From contig CAZUDK010000002.1 in NCBI GenBank assembly GCA_964618905.1, positions 482-64,481 on the forward strand: a stretch of 64,000 bases of DNA, given 5' to 3'. Under the pieces are notes generated by a model. That model worked only from the letters and a program-made list of their open reading frames with translations. It was not told where the DNA came from and did no database searches. Below, piece by piece: positions 27,548 through 35,917 of the stretch; positions within the stretch are counted from its first letter, which is position 1, and each line of letters opens with the position of its first letter. This DNA comes from an uncultured Candidatus Saccharibacteria bacterium (GTDB lineage: Bacteria > Patescibacteriota > Minisyncoccia > Phycocordibacterales > Zambryskibacteraceae). A program made the position numbers and the translations under genes.

Positions 27548-28142
27548 AATTGCAGGGTGGTATACTGCTTCTATGGAAGAACTTTTAAGGTTTATTGAAC
27601 TCACTCAGAAATTTAAAGCAGTAAGGCGCCAGGTAATTCTTGCCAGAGAAGACAGAAATGAAAATGATGCTGAACACAGTTTCCAGCTTGCGATTGTAGG
27701 TTGGTATATCATTTTCTCGAAAGGATTAGATCTTGATATGAGCAAAGTTTTTAAATATTCTTTGGCTCATGATTTGGTGGAAGTTTATGCTGGCGATGTT
27801 CCGTTCAATCATGCCGATCATTCGCATAAGCACACAAAGGAAGAAGAAGCTCTAAAGCAAATAGAGAGCGAGTTTCCTGAATTCAAAGATTTTCAGGAAG
27901 CAGTATCTGCGTATGAAAAGAGGGAAGACAAGGAAAGCAGATTTGTATATGCCTTGGATAAAATTTTACCAGTTCTTAATATTTATTTGGACAAAGGACA
28001 TTCGTGGAAAGTCCATGATATTTCTATGGAAGAAATAATTAAACATAAGAAAGATAAAGTTTCTCTTTCACCAGAGATTGCAAAGTATTTTGAAATTCTT
28101 TTGAATATTTTGGATAAAGAACAGAAGCTTCTTTTTAATTAA
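27531..28142 (+). CDS. HD-domain phosphohydrolase (YfbR-like 5'-deoxynucleotidase family)
   Basis: H...HD metal motif (AEHSF...LAHDLVEVYAGD); TTG start in track, probable ATG start at about 27573. Confidence 0.65.
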   Translation: MQPLCKIAGWYTASMEELLRFIELTQKFKAVRRQVILAREDRNENDAEHSFQLAIVGWYIIFSKGLDLDMSKVFKYSLAHDLVEVYAGDVPFNHADHSHKHTKEEEALKQIESEFPEFKDFQEAVSAYEKREDKESRFVYALDKILPVLNIYLDKGHSWKVHDISMEEIIKHKKDKVSLSPEIAKYFEILLNILDKEQKLLFN

Positions 28143-28651
28143 TTTTTTAGTGTGAAGCGGTAAGGTTTTTCTGCCCACTTGCCGGCATAGGCTACTCCGA
28201 TGCGCGGAGAGCGAAGAATGTTTTTCTTCGGCACAGGTTCTCCTTCTTCTATCCAGAGGCCGGAAGCTGGCGCCAGCTTCCGGCCGTTTAATCCTTTATC
28301 TATTTTAAGCTCTCGGCACAAGATACCCGGCCCTTTTAAATTTTCCGTGCCGCGAATAAGAATCGCTGCGGGAAAATCTTTTTCTTCCGTAACAATATTA
28401 AGCATCCAGTACATGCCATAAATGAAATATACGTAAATGCTGCCGCCTGATTCATACATTACTTCAGTGCGCCGAGTCTTAGCTTTGGAAGAGTGGCTGG
28501 CAAGGTCGTGTGGTCCGATATAAGCTTCAACTTCTGTTATCTTCTCTCTTATTATTTTTCCATTAATTTTCCTAACCAGAATCTTGCCTAAAAGTTCCGG
28601 CGCTACTTCAAGAGTTTTTCTGTTAAAAAATGCATGAGGCAAATTTTTCAT
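28139..28651 (-). CDS. mpg: DNA-3-methyladenine glycosylase (Mpg/AAG family)
   Basis: 170 aa; LEVAPELLGKIL...EVEAYIG...GGSIYVYFIYGMYWMLN. Confidence 0.8.
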   Translation of the reverse strand: MKNLPHAFFNRKTLEVAPELLGKILVRKINGKIIREKITEVEAYIGPHDLASHSSKAKTRRTEVMYESGGSIYVYFIYGMYWMLNIVTEEKDFPAAILIRGTENLKGPGILCRELKIDKGLNGRKLAPASGLWIEEGEPVPKKNILRSPRIGVAYAGKWAEKPYRFTLKN

Positions 28652-28766
28652 CTCATACGAAATTTATGTTTGATAAAATTGCCGTAAGGAATATAACATT
28701 TATTTCGTACCGGATTCATGGCAAAGAGTATAACGCGCAAGATAGAATTATGATACGCTTATAAGC

Positions 28767-29426
28767 ATGAATTTATCCCCGAATTGGGCCAAGACCATTC
28801 TGTTTCTCTTGGTGTACATGCTGTCGGGTCTTGTCCTTATAGTCATCATAGAAGGTCTGTTGTCTGGAACAGATCTTACTCCTCTCAATGTTGCTATCGA
28901 ACAAGCAATGACTCATATCCGCACGCCTTTTCTGACCAACTTGATGATAGCCGTTACGCATATAGGCAGCCCATTTGCACTGTTTTTCATATCCTGCTTT
29001 CTTTCTCTGGTGTTATTTCTCAGGAAAGATATCCGCAATGGACTTATCTTTTTAACTTCAATGATTCTTTCCGTAGTGTCATTCGTGGTTCTCAAGGAAG
29101 TGTTCCAAGTTTCTCGCCCAGGCTCTGAATTCTTGGATTTCACCAGCTGGAGTTTCCCAAGCGGCCACGCTACGGTAGCCACAGCTTTCTTCTTTGCCTT
29201 GGCGCATGCTTTCTTTGGTTGGTCTAAAGGAACCTTACATAAAATGTTTTTAGTGGCAGGATCAATTTTAGGAGCAGCTCTAGTATCTTTCTCTCGTCTT
29301 TATTTAGGAGCGCATTGGACCCTTGATATATTGGCCGGCATAGCTCTCGGCCTTCTTTCTGTAAGTTTTACTGTTTTAGCTTTCAGTGCTCTCACCAGAG
29401 GCGATTATCGTTTCAAACCTCGATAG
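28767..29426 (+). CDS. PAP2-family membrane phosphatase (undecaprenyl-diphosphatase-like)
   Basis: KDIRNG...SFPSGHA...SRLYLGAHW motifs. Confidence 0.75.
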   Translation: MNLSPNWAKTILFLLVYMLSGLVLIVIIEGLLSGTDLTPLNVAIEQAMTHIRTPFLTNLMIAVTHIGSPFALFFISCFLSLVLFLRKDIRNGLIFLTSMILSVVSFVVLKEVFQVSRPGSEFLDFTSWSFPSGHATVATAFFFALAHAFFGWSKGTLHKMFLVAGSILGAALVSFSRLYLGAHWTLDILAGIALGLLSVSFTVLAFSALTRGDYRFKPR

Positions 29427-29481
29427 GACTTAATTCTAAGTATGGTAAAATGCTGAGACTTATTAGTTAAGTTTTATATTC

Positions 29482-30273
29482 ATGAATGAATTTATAAAAG
29501 GGGAGGAAGGTAAAAGATTTATACGGATAGGTTTTATGGCCTTGGTGCTTCTAACAGTATTTTTAGCTATGGAAGTGATAGGAGCTGTTAAAAGCTTGGG
29601 AGAGCCGGCTGTGGCCGAGCACACTATTTCTGTGACAGGTTCAGGCGAAGCAATCGCTGTGCCGGACTTGGCAACTTTCTCTTTCAGTGTATCTGCCGAT
29701 GCTGATACTGTATCTGCCGCTCAAGAGCAGGTAACAAAAAATGTTGATACCGTGCTTGCTGCGCTCAAGAATCTCGGCATTGAAGAAAGAGATATCAAAA
29801 CTACAAACTATTCTCTTTATCCAAAGTACATTTATCAGCAGTCAGTATGTACTCCAGTATCTTGTCCTCCAGGAAGGCAGGTTGCTGACGGATTCACAGC
29901 TACTCACTCTATCTCTGTAAAGCTGCGTGATACAGAGCTTGCAGGAGAAGCGCTTGCAGCAGTAGGAGAAGCTGGCGCTACAAACATTTCCGGCATTAAC
30001 TTCACAACTGAGAACCCGGAAGAGGTCATCCAAGAAGCTCGAGAGATGGCAATAGAGAAAGCACAGGAGAGTGCCAAAGAGCTTGCTCACAACTTGGGAG
30101 TACGCTTGGGCGAAGTAGTAACTTACTATGACAGTTCAGCTGGTCAGCCTGTGCCTTATGTTTATGGTTCAGGTAATGATGTAGCAGTCTTCAAAGAAAG
30201 TGCAGTTCCTACAATTCCTCAAGGAGAGAATAAGGTTAATGTGAATGTGACAGTGGTGTACGAGATTCACTAA
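29482..30273 (+). CDS. SIMPL/DUF541 domain secreted protein
   Basis: Signal anchor; ISVTGSGEAIAVPDLATFSFSV... Confidence 0.7.
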   Translation: MNEFIKGEEGKRFIRIGFMALVLLTVFLAMEVIGAVKSLGEPAVAEHTISVTGSGEAIAVPDLATFSFSVSADADTVSAAQEQVTKNVDTVLAALKNLGIEERDIKTTNYSLYPKYIYQQSVCTPVSCPPGRQVADGFTATHSISVKLRDTELAGEALAAVGEAGATNISGINFTTENPEEVIQEAREMAIEKAQESAKELAHNLGVRLGEVVTYYDSSAGQPVPYVYGSGNDVAVFKESAVPTIPQGENKVNVNVTVVYEIH

Positions 30274-30294
30274 TTTCATCAGAAGATTGATTTT

Positions 30295-30326
30295 GAAAAG
30301 CCCTGCAGAAGAGGGGCTTTTCTAAT
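30295..30326 (+). terminator. Rho-independent terminator (gaaaagccc-tgcagaaga-gggcttttc + T)
   Basis: After the SIMPL gene. Confidence 0.65.
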
Positions 30327-30355
30327 GTTTGACATACTCGTCTATTGTGATATAA

Positions 30356-30922
30356 TTGAAAAAGATTAAATCACGTACTCAGTGCTCAGGAGGAGTCATG
30401 AATAGCTTGCCAGAACGAGGATGGGTTGTCGCTTTCGACATTTCGGAGAAATTCGGAATGTTTGATACCGGACTATTGAGCATCCCTTTCCATTTGGATT
30501 TCCATGGAAGAGTGATGGTCTCTTACGGCAGTATGGATATAGTCCAAGGGTCAGTGCCAAGATTGCCTCTCATAGGAAAAGAAGTAATCTTCTGTGTGAA
30601 GGAAGGCATGGCAAACCCTTGGGTCTACGAGGAGGAGTGGCGAATAGCAGCGGCGATGTACCAGAAGACGATGAAATTGTATATTGATGCATTGTCGTCT
30701 TCGGTTTCTTTTTCTCCTCTCAACCCGCAGAGCCTCGAATCTCATCAATGGTGGCGCCGGGTGCTCGATATACCAGATGAGGAAGTCCTCACGGAGAAAG
30801 CGCTCAAGAAGTATTACAGGAGGGCTGCCAAGAAGGTTCATCCGGACAAAGATGGCGCCCATGCCGCGATGGTTGCAGTCAATCAGGCTTATGCGGCAGC
30901 CAAGGAGTTCATTCGTAATTAA
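30356..30922 (+). CDS. J-domain protein (C-terminal DnaJ domain with HPD) and a novel N-terminal domain
   Basis: KKYYRRAAKKVHPDKDGAHAAMVAVNQAY; likely start at MNSLPERG; GC up to 57%. Confidence 0.65.
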   Translation: MKKIKSRTQCSGGVMNSLPERGWVVAFDISEKFGMFDTGLLSIPFHLDFHGRVMVSYGSMDIVQGSVPRLPLIGKEVIFCVKEGMANPWVYEEEWRIAAAMYQKTMKLYIDALSSSVSFSPLNPQSLESHQWWRRVLDIPDEEVLTEKALKKYYRRAAKKVHPDKDGAHAAMVAVNQAYAAAKEFIRN

Positions 30923-30925
30923 CAA

Positions 30926-30965
30926 GGGCGCGCACAAATATCATGGTGCGCGCCCTTTCTGTTTG
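30926..30965 (+). terminator. Rho-independent terminator (gggcgcgcac...gtgcgcgccc + TTTCTGTTT)
   Basis: 10-bp GC stem. Confidence 0.8.
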
Positions 30966-31040
30966 CATTCATTATTTTCTTATAGTATAGTAATTTCGCG
31001 CCCGAGGAGGGGCGTTTTTTAGACCTTAAAACTAGATTGT

Positions 31041-31223
31041 ATGTCGAAAATCTCTAACTACATCAAAGATTCCAGAGGAGAGCTGAAGCACGTGGCTTGG
31101 CCTACTCGCAAGCAGTCGATAGTTCTTACTATCCTGGTTATTGCCGTGTCCATACTCTCTTCTCTTTATTTAGGATTTTTCGATTATCTCTTCTCCCTTA
31201 TACTCCAGAAATTTGTCCTCTAA
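31041..31223 (+). CDS. secE: Preprotein translocase subunit SecE
   Basis: 60 aa, single TM, immediately upstream of nusG. Confidence 0.8.
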   Translation: MSKISNYIKDSRGELKHVAWPTRKQSIVLTILVIAVSILSSLYLGFFDYLFSLILQKFVL

Positions 31224-31238
31224 TTTATTTAATCAAAC

Positions 31239-31784
31239 ATGGCTAAGCAAAAAATAGAAGAAGGAAGAAACTGGTACGTCATCCACACTTATGCAGGATA
31301 TGAAAATGCGGTGATGAGGAATCTCAAGCAGCGCATCGAGTCTCTTGGTATGGAAGACAAGATATTTAATGTCATAGTGCCTACGGAAAAGAAGATAAAG
31401 ATAAAGGGAGGCAAGAGGGTAGAGGAGGAAGAAAAGATTTACCCGGGCTACATCTTGGTAGATATGATAGTAACTGACGACTCGTGGTATGTGGTGCGAA
31501 ACACTCCTCGCGTAACCGGCTTCGTCGGCTCTGGTGTGTATCCGGTGCCTATAGACAAGAAGGAGGTAGATGCGCTCTTTGTTCGCATGAATGCAGACAA
31601 GCCGGCACACACTATCAATCTCCAGCAAGACGATGCGGTGCTTATTGTGGACGGGCCGTTTAAGGACCTTGAAGGCAAAGTTTCCGAGATAGACAACGAG
31701 CGCGGCAAGGTCAAAGTTCTGGTCAATATGTTCGGTCGCGAGACCCCAGTGGAGCTCGACCCGTTGCAGGTCAAGAAGATTTAA
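31239..31784 (+). CDS. nusG: Transcription termination/antitermination factor NusG
   Basis: NGN and KOW domains; WYVIHTYAGYENAV... Confidence 0.9.
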   Translation: MAKQKIEEGRNWYVIHTYAGYENAVMRNLKQRIESLGMEDKIFNVIVPTEKKIKIKGGKRVEEEEKIYPGYILVDMIVTDDSWYVVRNTPRVTGFVGSGVYPVPIDKKEVDALFVRMNADKPAHTINLQQDDAVLIVDGPFKDLEGKVSEIDNERGKVKVLVNMFGRETPVELDPLQVKKI

Positions 31785-31806
31785 GGTAATCTAGCACTCT
31801 AAAGTT

Positions 31807-32229
31807 ATGGCAAAAAAAGTAGTAAAAATTCTAAAGCTTCAGATTCCGGGAGGACAGGCAGTACCCGGCCAACAGCTTGGTCCGGTGCTCGGAGGTGCCG
31901 GCATTCAGATAGGTGAATTCGTAAAGAGATTTAACGACGAGACCAGGGATCGCATGGGCGAAACTGTGCCTGTGGTTGTAGAGGTTTATGATGACAGAAG
32001 CTATGGCATGACCTACAAGGTTGAGCCAGCTTCCGCGCTGATCCTCAAGGCAGTCGGCAAGCCAAAAGGTTCCGGCAAGAATGTAACTTCCAAAGTAGGC
32101 TCTATCTCCAAGTCTCAGCTCAAGGAAATTGCCGAGAAGAAGATGCCCGATCTCAATGCTAATGATGTAGAGGGTGCCATGCAGATTATCGCTGGCACTG
32201 CCCGAAGCATGGGTGTCGAGGTAAAATAA
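31807..32229 (+). CDS. rplK: 50S ribosomal protein L11
   Basis: KLQIPGGQA...PPVGPALG-like core. Confidence 0.9.
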   Translation: MAKKVVKILKLQIPGGQAVPGQQLGPVLGGAGIQIGEFVKRFNDETRDRMGETVPVVVEVYDDRSYGMTYKVEPASALILKAVGKPKGSGKNVTSKVGSISKSQLKEIAEKKMPDLNANDVEGAMQIIAGTARSMGVEVK

Positions 32230-32249
32230 ATTTTTAAAATTTTGTGCCC

Positions 32250-32285
32250 ACAAAGCCCCGCTGTCGCGGGGCTTTGCTTTTAAAT
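32250..32285 (+). terminator. Rho-independent terminator (caaagccccgc-tgtc-gcggggctttg + CTTTT)
   Basis: Directly after rplK; no rplA follows. Confidence 0.8.
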
Positions 32286-32393
32286 TAGACCATAGAATTT
32301 ACGGTATGTCGTTTTATTTTTTGTCTATTAATAAGTAAACTGACGACAGACCATAGGGTATAAAGCCATCAAACTCACTCTGAGGAGGAAAAA

Positions 32394-33020
32394 ATGGAAG
32401 CCGAACTGGTGAGAAGGATCATTCAGGAGGCATCTCAGTCCACCTTCCTGACACCTCGAGAGAGGTATACGGATGATGTGAGACAGGCTGTGGACTTCGC
32501 CGAGAGGGCAAGGCAGGTTGGGTGTCGAGTAGTTTTGACTCAAGGTACGTTCGACCTCACACATATAGGCCACGCAAGGTATGTAAGGGAAGCCAAAAAT
32601 CAAGGTCATGTCTTGATAGTTGGAGTGGACGATGATGCAAAAGCACGCAAGCGCAAGGGTGAAAATCGCCCTGTTGTTCCTCTAGAGGAACGCGCTGAGA
32701 TGCTTACGCACTTGAGGTATGTCGATCTTGTTGTGCTGAAACGCGCTGAGGACGAAAAGTGGTATCTTATCAAGAGCATTCATCCGGATGTTCTAATAGC
32801 TGTTGAGGGAACGTACGACGAGGAGGAAGTCATTGCTCTCTCCAAATTATGTGGAGATATTGTTGTCCTTCCTCGGCAAGCCGAAACGAGTACAAGCGCG
32901 AAAGTTCGCAAGCTGGTGCTCGATGGAGCTGAGAATCTTACGCAGGAACTCGTCTCCAAGATACCGATTTTCGTGCATGAGATTTACGAGGGTCTCAAGA
33001 AGAATGGAACGGCATCATGA
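32394..33020 (+). CDS. Cytidylyltransferase-like nucleotidyltransferase (TagD/RfaE-II family, HxGH motif)
   Basis: GTFDLTHIGHARYVREAK...VGVDDD...LRYVD; first gene of the GC-rich island. Confidence 0.65.
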   Translation: MEAELVRRIIQEASQSTFLTPRERYTDDVRQAVDFAERARQVGCRVVLTQGTFDLTHIGHARYVREAKNQGHVLIVGVDDDAKARKRKGENRPVVPLEERAEMLTHLRYVDLVVLKRAEDEKWYLIKSIHPDVLIAVEGTYDEEEVIALSKLCGDIVVLPRQAETSTSAKVRKLVLDGAENLTQELVSKIPIFVHEIYEGLKKNGTAS

Positions 33021-33862
33021 AAGCGCTTATATGCTATATGCCGGTCCTGCATCAAGGATATCTTGACTTCATTGATAGACATCCTGATGCTGACGCCCTG
33101 CTTATCTTCGGACAAGACATCATTAATCGATTTGATTGGCTGAAGAGAAAGGAAATTAGAGCAGTCGATCCTCGCATAATGTCTTTATCTGTCTGCGCCG
33201 CAGTCCGCCCCGGGCTGAATGTGTATGTGATGGATGAGGCATATGCGCGTCTTCTTAAGGAGTCTGAGTCGAAGCTTGTCTTCGCAGATGAGGAAGAATC
33301 CCGTGAAGTTGCCCGGCAGATGTTTGCCGGATGCGATGTAAGCTTTGATAAAGTTTTTCTTCGATGGGATAGGACCAAAATTGCCGAAAGCGAAGTTGTT
33401 AACGGTTTTCCTATCGCTTCGGAAAGGGTCCACCAACTGTTCATGCAAGAAGCCTCGGAAGTCAGCCAGCAGAGTTCTGATTGGTGGCGGCAAGTGGGGG
33501 CAGTGCTTGTTTCCGGAGATAAGAAGATTGTCGCCTGCAACAGGCATATTCCTTCTGACCATACTCCTTATGTTGTGGGCGATCCTCGGAATCTGCTCAA
33601 GAGGGGGGTGGGGATAGAGATAACAAGCGTCCTCCATTCCGAAGCTGCAGTAATTGCTCAAGCAGCAAGAGAGGGTGTCTCCACGGTTGGAGCGCGCCTT
33701 TATGTGACCACCTTCCCTTGTCCTTACTGTGCCAATGTTCTCGCACACACAGGAATATCTGAGCTGTACTTCAGCTCTGGTTATTCTGTTCTGGACGGGG
33801 CTGGCCTGTTGGAACGTGCAGGCATCAAGATCTTTCAGGTCGTAGACCAACAGACCTCCTGA
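33017..33862 (+). CDS. dCMP/CMP deaminase-family protein with ~130-aa N-terminal extension
   Basis: HSEAAVI (HAE zinc motif) ...TFPCPYCAN (PCxxC); N-terminal domain unassigned. Confidence 0.7.
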   Translation: MKALICYMPVLHQGYLDFIDRHPDADALLIFGQDIINRFDWLKRKEIRAVDPRIMSLSVCAAVRPGLNVYVMDEAYARLLKESESKLVFADEEESREVARQMFAGCDVSFDKVFLRWDRTKIAESEVVNGFPIASERVHQLFMQEASEVSQQSSDWWRQVGAVLVSGDKKIVACNRHIPSDHTPYVVGDPRNLLKRGVGIEITSVLHSEAAVIAQAAREGVSTVGARLYVTTFPCPYCANVLAHTGISELYFSSGYSVLDGAGLLERAGIKIFQVVDQQTS

Positions 33863-33869
33863 AAATAAT

Positions 33870-34331
33870 TCAGGGGGTCTGTTTCTTTTTTTGAAATCCA
33901 ATACTTGTCTTTAGTTTTTCCCTTCCTTTACCTTCTTTTTCGCCAACTACAACATGAGCATGAAGGTGAGTGATGGTCGCCCCCGTATATTCTGGCTTGC
34001 CGAATCTCATAAGTAATATGCCGCCTTTCATTTTGAATTCTTTCTCAGCCCATTTGGTTAGATGTATCAATTCTTGTGCCGCTTTAGGACTAAGTTCGCT
34101 GACATTTTCTATGTGCTTTTTATGGACAAGCAATAAGTGCAATTTAGATCCTTCATACGGGTAGTCATTTTTAGTTATAAGCCATTTGTCTGTTTCTTTA
34201 ATAATAGGAGCGTCGTGATATTTTTTGAAGTATTTTGGACAGAATGGACATACGCCTTCCTTTTGTATTTCTACCATTTGTTTTCTTTGTGCTGGAACGC
34301 GAGCGTTGGATATATTCATCAATTTCTTCAT
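33870..34331 (-). CDS. HIT-family nucleotide hydrolase/transferase
   Basis: CPFCP and the histidine triad HLHAHVV; trimmed to the Met at MKKLMNIS. Confidence 0.7.
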   Translation of the reverse strand: MKKLMNISNARVPAQRKQMVEIQKEGVCPFCPKYFKKYHDAPIIKETDKWLITKNDYPYEGSKLHLLLVHKKHIENVSELSPKAAQELIHLTKWAEKEFKMKGGILLMRFGKPEYTGATITHLHAHVVVGEKEGKGREKLKTSIGFQKKKQTP

Positions 34332-34357
34332 GTACGAGATATTATCAGGTTCTCGAA

Positions 34358-34388
34358 ATAAAAAAAGCCGGCACGAAAGTGCCGGCTC
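34358..34388 (-). terminator. Rho-independent terminator after folA (gccggcac-gaaa-gtgccggc + T7 on the minus strand)
   Basis: A-run on the plus strand precedes the hairpin. Confidence 0.7.
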
Positions 34389-34400
34389 CCAACACAAAGC

Positions 34401-34895
34401 TCATCGAATTCGCCTGTGTATCTCCCGTGTGAAGTCGAACTCGTTGCGTTTATCTGCTTGATGATTCATTGACCAGACAAGCCTCCACGTATCTTTATTC
34501 CATTCAGGAAAGAAAGTGTCTCCTTCGACTTCCGCATGAACGCGAGTCAGATAAAGCTCCTCAGCATGTGGTAGGGCAAGTGCGTAAACTTGTGCTCCGC
34601 CAATAATGAAAATATCTTCACGCTGAGACATTTTCAAAATCGGCTCCCACTCATGTACATAGGTTACGTTAGGCCGCTCATACGGAATGCACCTAGTCAA
34701 GACGATATTGTCCCTTTCGGGAAGAGGTTGGCCTAATTCGTACACTATACTGCGGAAGGTGTTGCTTCCCATCACTACTGGATGACCTTTAGTAATCCTC
34801 TTAAACCAGTGCAGGTCATCGCGGAGTCGCCATGGGGTGGTATTGTTCCTCCCGATAACTCCATTCTCTGCGACAGCAGCGATAATCTTGAGCAT
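34401..34895 (-). CDS. folA: Dihydrofolate reductase
   Basis: 164 aa; IAAVAENGVIG...PW...GHPVVMGSNTF...IIGGAQVY. Confidence 0.85.
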   Translation of the reverse strand: MLKIIAAVAENGVIGRNNTTPWRLRDDLHWFKRITKGHPVVMGSNTFRSIVYELGQPLPERDNIVLTRCIPYERPNVTYVHEWEPILKMSQREDIFIIGGAQVYALALPHAEELYLTRVHAEVEGDTFFPEWNKDTWRLVWSMNHQADKRNEFDFTREIHRRIR

Positions 34896-34906
34896 AAGTC
34901 CTCCTG

Positions 34907-35806
34907 CTAGATGGCCACTGGGATACCCTTGATTCCCGGATGAGGCTTATAATCGGAAAGCTCGAAGTCATCCGGACGCATCTCGAAGATGTTTGTACTG
35001 TAGGTATTCAGCGTGAGTGTAGGAAGCTTGCGCGGCTCCCGCTTGAGCATCTCTTCCACGTACGGAATCTGGTCCACATAAATGTGGGCATCAGAGAAGC
35101 TGTGGATATACTTGTAGGGAATTGTTCCCGTGGCCCGAGCAAGTCCTAATAGAGCACCACCACCATACTGAATCATGTTCGCCGGTACTCCTACCGGAAA
35201 GTCAGCTGAACGCTGGAACATATGTAGCACGAGACGCATGCCAGGTAGGACACGGGCATGCATCCAGCCATGGCACGGAGCTACCACTGTCTTTTGCTGT
35301 TTGCCTCGTCCTCGCCCGATGTACTGGGGAATCCAGGGGGTCACGAAGTGGGTGCGAAGCTGGGGTTCATCGGTGATCTGCTCCACCAGATGTTGTATCT
35401 GGTTGAAAGGAGGACCTTCTCTGGTAGGGAAATTGTGGAAGGCTTCTCCATAAGCACCTAAGCCTCCGGTTCCCGTAGGAACACCGCGCTTCTGGCACTT
35501 TTTCTCAGTCCACCAATCTTTCCACCAGTTGCAGCCGAACTCCTCGAGTCCATCGAGAGAATTGACCCCATTAAAGAAAGCAAAAATCTCGCCCACTGCG
35601 GCTTTCCAAAACGGGATATTCCTCTCCGTGATGAGAGGAATGCCGTTCTCAAGAAGGAAGTGCATAGGCGGCGGAGCCATGTACGTTAGAGCAGGAACAC
35701 CTTGTTGGCTCTCTACTTCTTCTCCTTCTTCGAGAATGAGTCGGAGACAATCGCGATACTGCGTATCCGGCGTTCTCTCCTCGTACGGCTTGTAAGTGGG
35801 ATGCAT
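34907..35806 (-). CDS. Divergent thymidylate synthase-family enzyme (ThyA, or a ThyA-like pyrimidine hydroxymethylase)
   Basis: VAPCH nucleophile, QRSADFPVGVPANMIQY, C-terminal DYKPHPGIKGIPVAI match ThyA; regions equivalent to Arg21 and Arg126/127 diverge. Confidence 0.7.
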   Translation of the reverse strand: MHPTYKPYEERTPDTQYRDCLRLILEEGEEVESQQGVPALTYMAPPPMHFLLENGIPLITERNIPFWKAAVGEIFAFFNGVNSLDGLEEFGCNWWKDWWTEKKCQKRGVPTGTGGLGAYGEAFHNFPTREGPPFNQIQHLVEQITDEPQLRTHFVTPWIPQYIGRGRGKQQKTVVAPCHGWMHARVLPGMRLVLHMFQRSADFPVGVPANMIQYGGGALLGLARATGTIPYKYIHSFSDAHIYVDQIPYVEEMLKREPRKLPTLTLNTYSTNIFEMRPDDFELSDYKPHPGIKGIPVAI

Positions 35807-35917
35807 CTGTCATCCTTTCGTTGTCTGTTAGTTGTAAAGATCGTTGCCTGGCGCAATACTACGTATTTTGAGGCTTTTCTGCAATCAGGTATCATTAAGA
35901 TTAAGGAATATACAGTT

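Noticed and set aside
35702-35917. N-terminal 72-aa extension of the dut ORF
   Set aside because: Overlaps the divergent thyA-like 5' end. The dUTPase homology starts at MILKVKK, which has an upstream RBS.
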